Shown here: in pieces, positions 1 through 8,431 of the stretch
How positions within the stretch are numbered: the first letter of the stretch is position 1
Layout of the letters: each line of letters opens with the position of its first letter
From: Candidatus Micrarchaeota archaeon
GTDB lineage: Archaea; B1Sed10-29
Assembly: GCA_964388265.1 (NCBI GenBank)
Contig: CAYLXZ010000006.1
Span: 1-32,797 of the forward strand
Direction: 5' to 3'
DNA: 32,797 nt
Translations under genes and position numbers: made by a program
The notes under the pieces: generated by a model
Told to the model about the DNA's origin: nothing
The model's input: the letters and a program-made list of their open reading frames with translations, nothing else
The model's database searches: none

Positions 1-124
1 GTGTTTTCCGCTCTGTTTCTCCTGGCTTTACTCTTTCCTTGACTTGCCTCTTCTCTCTCATCTTCTCGAACTTGTTTTTCTTCTTTTGTTTATTTTTCTT
101 CCTGTCTTTTGATTTTCTACTCAT
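1..124 (-). CDS. Hypothetical protein, 5' fragment (runs off the window edge), Lys/Arg-rich N-terminus
   Basis: Manual translation from the ATG at 124 on the minus strand gives MSRKSKDRKKNKQKKKNKFEKMREKRQVKERVKPGETERKT, open to the edge. It is divergent from ORF 182 across a 57-nt AT-rich spacer and has the same purine-rich coding bias as real genes. Confidence 0.6.
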   Translation of the reverse strand, partial: MSRKSKDRKKNKQKKKNKFEKMREKRQVKERVKPGETERKT

Positions 125-181
125 TCTGGACCACGTTTGAATTAAGGGTTTTATACTTATATTCCTTAATTTAAAAGTAGC

Positions 182-892
182 ATGGTTGAATCTAAAAAGA
201 AAAAGAAGAAAAAGAGAAGGCAAGAAGAACTCCCTATTCATGGAGGAAAGAGAGGGATATGGGAGGAAGTTGAAAAAGAGGTTGGGAAAAACGCTTCCTA
301 TAGGGAAAAGATACAGGAGTACAAGAAACAGATTCTGGAGAAACACCCTGAACTAGTGTCTTCAGCAGAGAAACCTAAGAAGAAACTTTCAAAGGAGAAA
401 AAGGAAGAACTAGAAGAACTGGAAATGTATTCCTTGGAACGAAAAGTAGTTAAAGGTGATGCTAAAAAGGAATTACAGAGAAACCCTGAATTAAGCCCTA
501 CCGAAGCATTGGAGAATGTAGGTGGACCCAGAGCCAGCTTATCAGCTCCTGTTCTGCAGGCAAGAGAAGATATAATGCAGGACAAAGAAGTTATAAAGGA
601 ACTTGAAGAAGTTAAGAAAAAAGCTCAGGAAGAGAAGAAAGAGAAAACAGAGGAAGAGAAGGTTTTAGAGGAGCAGGCTCAAATACGTAGAAATATAGAG
701 AAAGAAGTCAAAGCGAAAATAAAAAAATGGCCAGAAACAGATATCGAGCGAGCTATTTCAAAGGCTGCCCACACCCAAAAGAAAGGCATGGGACGAGTAG
801 CAGCTAGAAAAACTCTTCTAAATGACGAAGAATTTAAAAAAGAACTTGAAAAAATAAAGGAAGAAGCTAAAAAGGAAAAAGAGCAGAAATGA
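182..892 (+). CDS. Hypothetical highly charged helical protein with two ~68-aa internal repeats
   Basis: 236-aa K/E-rich ORF with a TATA-like TTTTATAC at ~149-156 upstream. Repeats lie at aa ~87-155 and ~169-236. Confidence 0.75.
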   Translation: MVESKKKKKKKRRQEELPIHGGKRGIWEEVEKEVGKNASYREKIQEYKKQILEKHPELVSSAEKPKKKLSKEKKEELEELEMYSLERKVVKGDAKKELQRNPELSPTEALENVGGPRASLSAPVLQAREDIMQDKEVIKELEEVKKKAQEEKKEKTEEEKVLEEQAQIRRNIEKEVKAKIKKWPETDIERAISKAAHTQKKGMGRVAARKTLLNDEEFKKELEKIKEEAKKEKEQK

Positions 893-967
893 ACAATATT
901 TATATACAGTTAATCTGCCACCCACATAATTAAATTTTTCGAAGCACATGAAATAAACAGGGATTAA

Positions 968-2332
968 ATGGATGAAACAGAAGTAGAATTAATGGCTGTT
1001 TCTCAAGGAACAGGACAAGAGGGATTGGGACCTGAAGAACTATCAGCCTACGGAGCATACGGGTGCTTCGAACAAGAAACGTCCTATGAAGTGTTCAAAG
1101 ACCATCTAGAAAACAAAAATGAGTCTGAAAGAGAAGAATCGGTTAAGGAAGTTCTGAAAAATAGCATTGGGAAAGGACACGGGGCGGTATCAGACCAAAG
1201 TATGTTCATATTTTCGATAAAAGACTTGCCACGTGCAGCTACCCTTCACTTTGTCCTCCCTGAATACCTAATGCATCTACAGCAATCCATGCGAAGAGCC
1301 ACACCAGAAAGAGGATATGTATTGCCTGATGAGATAAAGAACTCAGATATGGAAGAAGAAGTAAGAGAAGTACTAAATCAGTCCTTTGAAACCTACAAAA
1401 AGCTAGTGGAAAATAATATCCCAAAAGAAGACGCTAGATTTCTCCTACCCCTATACACCAAAACTAACATACAGACAGCAGGAAACCCAAGAGCCCTAAT
1501 GCACTTATACGACATGACAAGAAGAGAAAAAGTCCCAACACCCGTACGAAAAGTAGTTAACCAGATGATGGAGAAGGCAAAAGAAAGAACACCCACACTG
1601 TTCAAAGACCTTGGGTACAACTACGAAACTCTATCCTGGTACCCTGCAGCACAACTCTACGCTGAGAGAAACAGCACCCTAAAACGAATAATTAAAGAAA
1701 ACAGCTACCCCAAAGAACCTAAATTCATTAAAGAAAGGATAACCGAGGAAGCTATGGATAAAGCCATCAAAGAAAGAGACGAAGCCGAACTATCCAACCT
1801 AAAACACATTCATGACGGAGGAAAATTCCAAGGGTTCCTCTCACCAATGTCTCTAGCCTGTTTCCATCAATCAATTAGACAGAGAACTTGGAACCACTCC
1901 GTAGAATCAATCTACAGCTCTGCCAAAAGAGGAAGCATAGTCATACCTCCTTCGATAAAAAATTCAGAGCACCGTGAGGAGTTTAAAAAACAGCACACCA
2001 AAATGGTTAACCTATACAAAAGCCTTAAAGATGAAGGAATTTCTAAAGAAGAAGCTATTGGGATAGTTCCTCATTCTCTCGAACTATACGATTTCATCCA
2101 CGTTGACGGATGGAATTCCGTACACTCAATAGGAAAAAGAACGTGTACAAAAGCTCAATGGGAAATCAGAGAAATAGCAAACAAGATAGCAGAAAGAATA
2201 AGAGAAAGAAACCCTATAGTCGGCAAATACGCCTACCCGCAAGGCGTAGTGTATGGGGAATGCCCAGAAAATGACTCTTGTGGACTATGTGAAAAAATAA
2301 GGAAAAAGAGAGAAGAACAAACTAAACTGTAA
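968..2332 (+). CDS. thyX: Flavin-dependent thymidylate synthase, tandem two-domain form
   Basis: Motifs KGHGAVSDQ, QQSMRR, EDARFLLP..T..NPRALMH, HQSIRQR-x7-S, KRTCTKAQWEIR and C-terminal CPE..CG.C. About twice the length of a single ThyX, and adjacent to glyA. Confidence 0.85.
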   Translation: MDETEVELMAVSQGTGQEGLGPEELSAYGAYGCFEQETSYEVFKDHLENKNESEREESVKEVLKNSIGKGHGAVSDQSMFIFSIKDLPRAATLHFVLPEYLMHLQQSMRRATPERGYVLPDEIKNSDMEEEVREVLNQSFETYKKLVENNIPKEDARFLLPLYTKTNIQTAGNPRALMHLYDMTRREKVPTPVRKVVNQMMEKAKERTPTLFKDLGYNYETLSWYPAAQLYAERNSTLKRIIKENSYPKEPKFIKERITEEAMDKAIKERDEAELSNLKHIHDGGKFQGFLSPMSLACFHQSIRQRTWNHSVESIYSSAKRGSIVIPPSIKNSEHREEFKKQHTKMVNLYKSLKDEGISKEEAIGIVPHSLELYDFIHVDGWNSVHSIGKRTCTKAQWEIREIANKIAERIRERNPIVGKYAYPQGVVYGECPENDSCGLCEKIRKKREEQTKL

Positions 2333-2361
2333 ATTAGAGATCGAGAAGGAAGGATTAGAAG

Positions 2362-3597
2362 ATGCCGAAGAACCTCCGTGAAACAGATCCTGAGATAAAT
2401 GAAGCAATAGAGAAGGAAAGAGAAAGACAGAGAAACCAACTGGAGATGGTTGCATCCGAGAACTTCACCAGCAAAGCAGTACTCGAAGCACAAGGCTGCG
2501 TGATGACAAATAAATACGCTGAAGGACTACCAGGAGAAAGATACTACGGAGGATGTGAATACGTAGACATAGCTGAAGAAAAAGCAATAGAAAGAGCAAA
2601 AAAACTATTCAATGCAGAACACGTAAACGTACAACCTCACTCTGGTTCACAAGCGAACATGGCAGCCTATTTCTCAGTACTAGAACCAGGAGACACAATC
2701 TTAGGTCCAAAACTAAGTCATGGGGGGCACTTAAGCCATGGTAGTCCTTGGAGTTTCTCAGGACAACTCTTCGAAAAAATACCTTATAAGGTAGATCCAG
2801 AAACTGAAAGATGGAACCACGATGAAATAATGGAACTAGCTGAAGAACATAAACCTGATTTAATTCTTACTGGTTACAGCGCCTACCCAAGAAAAATAGA
2901 CTTCGAAGCCTTCAGAGAGGCAGCTGACGCGGCAGACGCCTACCTAATGGCAGATATAGCACATATAGCTGGGTTAGTGGCTGCAGGAGAACATCCTAAT
3001 CCTTTCCCAGAAGCAGATATAGTCACTTCCACTACACACAAAACTCTTCGAGGAGCAAGAGGAGGGTTTATAATGAGCAAAAGAGAACTAGGAGAAGATA
3101 TAGACTCAACTGTGTTCCCATGGATGCAAGGAGGTCCACTAATGCACGTGATAGCAGGCAAAGCAGTTACTTTTAAACAAGCAAAGGAAGAAGAATTCAA
3201 AAAATACACAGAAAAAACTGTAAAAAACTCCAAATCTTTAGCAAAGACATTAAAGGAAAGAGGAATAAGGCTTGTAACCGATGGAACAGATAATCATTTA
3301 ATACTGGCAGACGTTACTAGCATTGGATTAACAGGACAAGAAGCAGAGAACAGACTTCATGACATAGGAATAACTGTTAACAAAAATACAATTCCATTCG
3401 ACGACAAAGAACCTGAAGATCCTAGCGGAATAAGACTCGGAACTCCTGCATTAACTTCTCGAGGGATAAATGAAAGAGAAATAATTCAAATAGGAGAAAT
3501 AATAGCAGATACTCTCAAAGGAGAAGTAAAAAATGCAGAAAAACAAGTAAAGGATCTCTGTGAAGCTAACCCACTTTACCCGAAGTTAGATAAATAA
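2362..3597 (+). CDS. glyA: Serine hydroxymethyltransferase (bacterial-type)
   Basis: [40 protein letters not shown]-Lys motif [15 protein letters not shown] and SGIRLGTPA. Confidence 0.97.
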   Translation: MPKNLRETDPEINEAIEKERERQRNQLEMVASENFTSKAVLEAQGCVMTNKYAEGLPGERYYGGCEYVDIAEEKAIERAKKLFNAEHVNVQPHSGSQANMAAYFSVLEPGDTILGPKLSHGGHLSHGSPWSFSGQLFEKIPYKVDPETERWNHDEIMELAEEHKPDLILTGYSAYPRKIDFEAFREAADAADAYLMADIAHIAGLVAAGEHPNPFPEADIVTSTTHKTLRGARGGFIMSKRELGEDIDSTVFPWMQGGPLMHVIAGKAVTFKQAKEEEFKKYTEKTVKNSKSLAKTLKERGIRLVTDGTDNHLILADVTSIGLTGQEAENRLHDIGITVNKNTIPFDDKEPEDPSGIRLGTPALTSRGINEREIIQIGEIIADTLKGEVKNAEKQVKDLCEANPLYPKLDK

Positions 3598-3640
3598 ACT
3601 TCAAGATACTAAATAAAGTAGATATAAGGAAGGGAATGAA

Positions 3641-4024
3641 ATGACCGAGAAAAGACAAATATATAAATGTGAAGTATGTGGAAACATCGTAGAAGTAGTT
3701 CATGAAGGAGTAGGGGAACTAGTATGCTGTGGAGAACCGATGAAATTACTAGAAGCAGGTACAGAAGACGAAGGATATGAAAAACACGTTCCTGTGATAG
3801 AGGAAACTGAAGAAGGAATAAAAGTAAAAGTAGGGTCCAACCCACATCCAATGGAAGAAGAACACTACATAGAATGGATACAGATAATAACTGAAGAAGG
3901 AGAACACAGAGAATACCTGGAACCAGGTCAAAAACCAGAAGCGGAGTTCTCTGTTAAACCAAGTGAAATCAAGACAGCAAGAGAACACTGTAACATCCAT
4001 GGGCTATGGAAAACACCTGAATAG
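3641..4024 (+). CDS. dfx: Desulfoferrodoxin (2Fe superoxide reductase)
   Basis: N-terminal CEVCGN...CCGEPM desulforedoxin centre, followed by SOR motifs [17 protein letters not shown] and CNIHGLW. Confidence 0.95.
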   Translation: MTEKRQIYKCEVCGNIVEVVHEGVGELVCCGEPMKLLEAGTEDEGYEKHVPVIEETEEGIKVKVGSNPHPMEEEHYIEWIQIITEEGEHREYLEPGQKPEAEFSVKPSEIKTAREHCNIHGLWKTPE

Positions 4025-4044
4025 ACAAAAAGGAGGTGAAATAT

Positions 4045-4329
4045 ATGTTATCCGAGATACCGATAGACTTAGATAAAATAAGTCAAGAAGACCTAGACAA
4101 AGAGATACTTAGAAAAAGCGTGATAGCGGAACTAGATGCAATAGACCTGTACGAGCAGATGGCACACATGACCAATGATAAGAACCTTAAGAAAGTGCTT
4201 CTAGATGTAGCAAAAGAAGAAAAAGAACATGTAGGAGAGTTCCAAGAAATGCTGGCTAGAAGAGACCCTGAACTAGTGGAAGAAATGGAAGAGGGAAAGG
4301 AAGAAGTCAAGGAAATGACAGGTAAGTAA
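4045..4329 (+). CDS. Ferritin-like protein of the encapsulated-ferritin (EncFtn/Flp) type, 94 aa
   Basis: Half-ferritin diiron motifs AELDAIDLYEQ...DVAKEEKEHVGEF. Start moved from 4036 to the in-frame ATG at 4045 because GGAGGTGA (4032-4039) is a Shine-Dalgarno sequence. Confidence 0.85.
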   Translation: MLSEIPIDLDKISQEDLDKEILRKSVIAELDAIDLYEQMAHMTNDKNLKKVLLDVAKEEKEHVGEFQEMLARRDPELVEEMEEGKEEVKEMTGK

Positions 4330-4330
4330 A

Positions 4331-4377
4331 TCTCTCCTGTTTTTTATCTTCCTATTTTTCTATTTCTCTTATTTTTA
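4331..4377 (+). terminator. Pyrimidine/T-rich tract, putative archaeal terminator of the thyX-glyA-dfx-ferritin unit
   Basis: tctctcctgttttttatcttcctatttttctatttctcttattttt immediately follows the stop codon and contains several T5-T6 runs. Confidence 0.55.
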
Positions 4378-4416
4378 GGCGAATAACTTCCTATATTAGA
4401 TATCTGTCCCCTGTGA

Positions 4417-4437
4417 TTTTAAATACTTTGAAAGTAT
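4417..4437 (+). promoter_or_regulatory. TATA box overlapped by a 7-1-7 inverted repeat (putative operator) upstream of the Kef pair
   Basis: TTTTAAATA at 4417-4425 and ATACTTT-G-AAAGTAT at 4423-4437. Confidence 0.45.
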
Positions 4438-4504
4438 ACACACATCACGACGACTCGTACCTCGAAACTAGTGAAAAATAAAGGACAGAGAGAAGAGTGA
4501 AACT

Positions 4505-6187
4505 ATGGATGGATTAACACCTTTAACTTTGAACTTTGCAATACTAATAGCAACTGCTACTGCTCTAGTTATAGTAGCTAAAAAACTTAAACAACCTCCA
4601 CTCGTTTCCTATATACTGGCAGGGCTTCTAATTGGACCTGTAGGTCTAGATATAGTTACAGAGACCACTTCAATTGAATTCTTCTCTAAACTAGGTCTTA
4701 GTTTTCTTTTATTTTTAATAGGAACAAAGATGAACTTCAAAGGACTAAAAGATTTATTTAAACCTATACTAAGAATTTCAACGCTTCAGATTCTTATTCA
4801 TGGGGTCTTATCTGCCTCTGTAGCTTTCCTACTAGGGTTTGGAAGAACTGAAGTTATCATAATAACTCTAGCCACTATTTATTCATCAACAGCTGTTATA
4901 GTAAAGCATCTGAGCGATAGAAATGAGGCTTCCACTGTCTACGGAAAGATAGATACAGGTGTCCTCATAGTACAGGATATAGTTGTTGTAACGGCTCTTG
5001 GGTTATTGAGTTCTCCCTCATTAGGTGATCTTGAGGTTCTAGCGGTTAAATTGATTGAGGTGATCTTCTTAATCTCTATAATCGGTTTAGTGGCTTACGC
5101 TTCATCTAAAAAACTTCTTCCAAGGATATTTAGGTTCATAGCTGAAGAGAGACATGTCCTATTCATCAGCGGGATAGCTTGGGTCTTCGCCTTTATAACA
5201 GCTTCAATTTACTTTAATATATCTATAGAGATTGGTGCGTTCCTAGCTGGACTTGCTCTCGGTCAGATACCATACAGGAAAGAGCTAACTGAGAACGTGA
5301 AGCCCCTTACAGATTTCTTCATGGTTGTATTTTTCTCTTCAATAGGTTTAAGTCTTACTGAAGGAACTCTCTTTTTCTACTTGGAAGAAGCGATCATCAC
5401 GTCAGTGATATTCATCATAGGTGGGATTTTAATCATGTTCTTCCTTATCCAACGAGAAAACTTTTCACTTGAAACAGCGTTTAAAGGAAGTGTGAACATG
5501 TCTCAAACCAGTGAATTCTCTCTAATACTAGGAGCTCTTGCAGTTACCCAAGGATTCATCCACTCCAATATTTTAGGATACATTGCTCTCATTGCAATCA
5601 TCACAATGTCCGTATCAGCGTACCTTATCCACTACAATGATCTTCTGTTCAAAAAGATACGTCCTTATTTATCTAGATTCGAATCTGGAGAAGTGGAAAA
5701 AACTGAGGAGGGACTGGAAGGCCACGCATTAATAGTAGGGTATAACCAGATGAGTGAAGCAGTACTGCCTGTAATTCAAGATCACTTCAAACAAGTGGCA
5801 GTAGTGGACAAAGACCCTGAAAAAGTAGAGAGGCTGAAGAAGAAAAACCTGAAGTACATTTTCGGGGACTTCAAGCACAGTAACATCCAAAGATCAATGG
5901 GTTTAGGGAAAGCAGATCTGATAATAAGCTTCGCTGAAGAAGAAGCACTAAACAGAGAAATAATAGAGGAATGTAGGGAGGATGCATTAGTATTCATAGA
6001 AACCAGATCCATAGAGCAAGCTGCCGAATACTATGACTTAGGAGCAGATTACATTATAAGAGAAAACGAACTCACTGCTGAAAAAATGAAAGATTACCTT
6101 GGTCAATTTATTGAAGATACACCTAAATTCATGGAGAAAGTGGAGAAAGATAGAGAGTCACTCATATGGGGTGGAGAGAGTGATTGA
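4505..6187 (+). CDS. CPA2 (Kef-type) cation:proton antiporter with C-terminal RCK/TrkA-N domain, copy 1
   Basis: Many hydrophobic segments, motifs SSTAVIVK, GVLIVQD, GAFLAG and SQTSEFS, and a C-terminal Rossmann-like region HALIVGY..VVDKDP..IFGD. Confidence 0.9.
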   Translation: MDGLTPLTLNFAILIATATALVIVAKKLKQPPLVSYILAGLLIGPVGLDIVTETTSIEFFSKLGLSFLLFLIGTKMNFKGLKDLFKPILRISTLQILIHGVLSASVAFLLGFGRTEVIIITLATIYSSTAVIVKHLSDRNEASTVYGKIDTGVLIVQDIVVVTALGLLSSPSLGDLEVLAVKLIEVIFLISIIGLVAYASSKKLLPRIFRFIAEERHVLFISGIAWVFAFITASIYFNISIEIGAFLAGLALGQIPYRKELTENVKPLTDFFMVVFFSSIGLSLTEGTLFFYLEEAIITSVIFIIGGILIMFFLIQRENFSLETAFKGSVNMSQTSEFSLILGALAVTQGFIHSNILGYIALIAIITMSVSAYLIHYNDLLFKKIRPYLSRFESGEVEKTEEGLEGHALIVGYNQMSEAVLPVIQDHFKQVAVVDKDPEKVERLKKKNLKYIFGDFKHSNIQRSMGLGKADLIISFAEEEALNREIIEECREDALVFIETRSIEQAAEYYDLGADYIIRENELTAEKMKDYLGQFIEDTPKFMEKVEKDRESLIWGGESD

Positions 6188-6188
6188 A

Positions 6189-7799
6189 ATGATAAATTCT
6201 CTCTCGCTAGTGTTCATAGTAGCTTCGATAATGCTATTCATATTCTATAAATTGAATCACCCTCATATTCCTGCCTATATAATCGCAGGGATTCTAGTAT
6301 CTCCGTTCGTGAGTGAAGCTGGAATTATACCTCTAGCTGAGATAGGTATAGCTTTCTTGGTATTTATATTTGGATCTAGCCTGAAGCTAGAAGAAACTGA
6401 GAAAGCCATGGAAAGCACAGCCATACTAACAATAAGCCAAGTAGCAATAATTGGGTCCCTAGTATTTCTTTACGCCTACATAATTGGCTTTGGGGCTCTT
6501 AATTCAATTTACCTAGCTGTAGCAGCTTCCTTAAGCTCATCGTTGGTTGGAATGGAATTAATAGAAGGTAGAAGAATTAAGTTAGCATATAAAAGACTCT
6601 GTAATTCTATAAATTTAACTCAGGACCTCATTGCCATATTAGTTTTCTTGGTCCTTGCTTCTTTCCCACTCACTCAGGCAGGGGTTCTTTCAAACATACA
6701 GATAGGAGCGTTAATATTGCTCTTAGGGTTTATGGCTCGGTTCTTAGTTCCTTATCTGCTTGAATTCCTGAAACGTTCATCTGAAGCCTCAATGCTCGTG
6801 GCTCTTGCCTTGCTACTGTCCTTTACTTCTTTATCTCAGTATTTCGGTATCTCAATCGTGATAGGTTCATTCGCGGCTGGGATTGCTTTATCAAAACCTC
6901 CTTATGATGAAGAGATAATAGATATATTCGAACCACTTAAAGACTTCTTCTCGGCCTTATTTTTCGTTTCTTTAGGTGCTTTAGTTATGATTCCAAATCT
7001 ATCGATTATATTAACATCTTTAGGGTTAATAGTTGTTATAACGATAGTAAAACCACTTTTCACTGTCTTACTGCTTGAATCTGAAGGATATAGTAGGGGA
7101 ACCTCTCTTATGACTGCGCTTAACCTTGATCAGATGAGTGAATTTGCCTTGATACTAGCTATCTATGCTTACGTGGCGGATATGATTATTCCTACTGTTT
7201 TCCAGGCTATTATACTGTCAGCAGTGGTTACAATGATAATAAGCTCTTATACTAGCAGACATGTTTGGGATATCTATGACAGGGTAAAGGGCTACTGGCT
7301 GTTCAATCTCTCTAACCTGGAGTTCGTGGAATCAGAGGTGCCTCAAGATCTCTCTGGCCACTTCATTATAGCAGGATATGATATACAGGGAGGGGAAATA
7401 GCTGATTTCCTCGAGGAAAAAGACCAACAAGTAGTCGTGATTGATAATGATCCTGAAAGAATTCTTGAAGCTAAAGAGAAAGATATGAACTATATATATG
7501 GGGATTTAATGATCCAGAAAACCTGGGAAGAAGCAAGATTTAAAGAAGCACAGATGATTATATCAACAGTTCCACTTCAGAACATAACAGAAAAAGTAAT
7601 TGGGTTAGGTACCTCAGCATACAAAATAGTTCGTGCGAAACATCTTGAAGAGGCTAGAAGATACATAGAAGATGTATTGTACGTGATAGTTCCCAGGTAT
7701 TTATCTTCTAATAGATTAATTGAGCATCTTAAGGGTTGTCTGAACAGCGAGGGTTATAGAAAGAAGCTTAGAAGGATAAGTAGAACAGAGTTAACTTAA
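6189..7799 (+). CDS. CPA2 (Kef-type) cation:proton antiporter with C-terminal RCK/TrkA-N domain, copy 2
   Basis: SSSLVG, NLTQD, GSFAAG, DQMSEFA and HFIIAGY..VIDNDP..IYGD. Start moved to the in-frame ATG at 6189, 1 nt after the copy 1 stop, because the track's TTG at 6099 overlaps copy 1 by 89 nt. Confidence 0.88.
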   Translation: MINSLSLVFIVASIMLFIFYKLNHPHIPAYIIAGILVSPFVSEAGIIPLAEIGIAFLVFIFGSSLKLEETEKAMESTAILTISQVAIIGSLVFLYAYIIGFGALNSIYLAVAASLSSSLVGMELIEGRRIKLAYKRLCNSINLTQDLIAILVFLVLASFPLTQAGVLSNIQIGALILLLGFMARFLVPYLLEFLKRSSEASMLVALALLLSFTSLSQYFGISIVIGSFAAGIALSKPPYDEEIIDIFEPLKDFFSALFFVSLGALVMIPNLSIILTSLGLIVVITIVKPLFTVLLLESEGYSRGTSLMTALNLDQMSEFALILAIYAYVADMIIPTVFQAIILSAVVTMIISSYTSRHVWDIYDRVKGYWLFNLSNLEFVESEVPQDLSGHFIIAGYDIQGGEIADFLEEKDQQVVVIDNDPERILEAKEKDMNYIYGDLMIQKTWEEARFKEAQMIISTVPLQNITEKVIGLGTSAYKIVRAKHLEEARRYIEDVLYVIVPRYLSSNRLIEHLKGCLNSEGYRKKLRRISRTELT

Positions 7800-8351
7800 T
7801 TAAATCTTCGCAGACACTATATTGTCATTTAGGTCATTGATCACTTTCCTAGCTACATCTTGCTTTCTCTTCAGGTTGTTTACCATAGAGTTAGGATAAC
7901 TGAATCTATTGAACTTCACGTAAAGATTCTCTAATCTTCTTTTCATCTCTTCAGCTGTTTCTATATCTCCTTCTCCAAGTTTATCCATGGCGAATCTTTT
8001 AAGTTCTCCTATAGCGTCTCCTAAACCGGTTAAATAGTATCTGTCTGGTACATCTATTTCAGGTAGCTCTTTATCTTCTAGATAGCTTTTAACTATGCAG
8101 AGCTCGGCGTATTCCTGATAGCTTTTACCAAGAGCCTTATCCATCAGAACAGGGCGGCCTTCTAAAATTTCTTCACATTCTTTTATTATTCTGTGTGCTT
8201 TTTTCTTCTTTTTTTCAACCCCAGGAAAATTTTCTTGGTGTATCGCTTTTATACCTTCCTGGCAGAGGGGTAGAATGTCTCTACGTTTCTTTAGAACTTC
8301 TTCTCTCTTCTCGTAAGCGTCTTCCAGTTCTTTCTCTATCTTATCTAACAT
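7800..8351 (-). CDS. Translin/TRAX-like (archaeal C3PO) protein
   Basis: KREE....R, YQEYAE, YLTGLGDAIGELKR and LKRKQD signatures. The acidic catalytic residues appear retained. Confidence 0.85.
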   Translation of the reverse strand: MLDKIEKELEDAYEKREEVLKKRRDILPLCQEGIKAIHQENFPGVEKKKKKAHRIIKECEEILEGRPVLMDKALGKSYQEYAELCIVKSYLEDKELPEIDVPDRYYLTGLGDAIGELKRFAMDKLGEGDIETAEEMKRRLENLYVKFNRFSYPNSMVNNLKRKQDVARKVINDLNDNIVSAKI

Positions 8352-8431
8352 GTGTTAATTATATCGATCTTCGAATAAAACACTTATTGCAATAACCTTA
8401 AATTCCAGGATAAGGACAAATTAGCAACACC

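Noticed and set aside
4403..4489. Nested stems (TCTGTCC/GGACAGA, GTGAT/ATCAC) suggesting a riboswitch before the K+ antiporters
   Set aside because: The 5' arms lie upstream of the likely TATA box and so would not be in the transcript. The stems are short, and I recognise no c-di-AMP or other riboswitch consensus.
6099..6188. N-terminal extension of the second antiporter in the ORF track
   Set aside because: It overlaps copy 1 by 89 nt. ATG 6189 gives a start that aligns with TM1 of copy 1.
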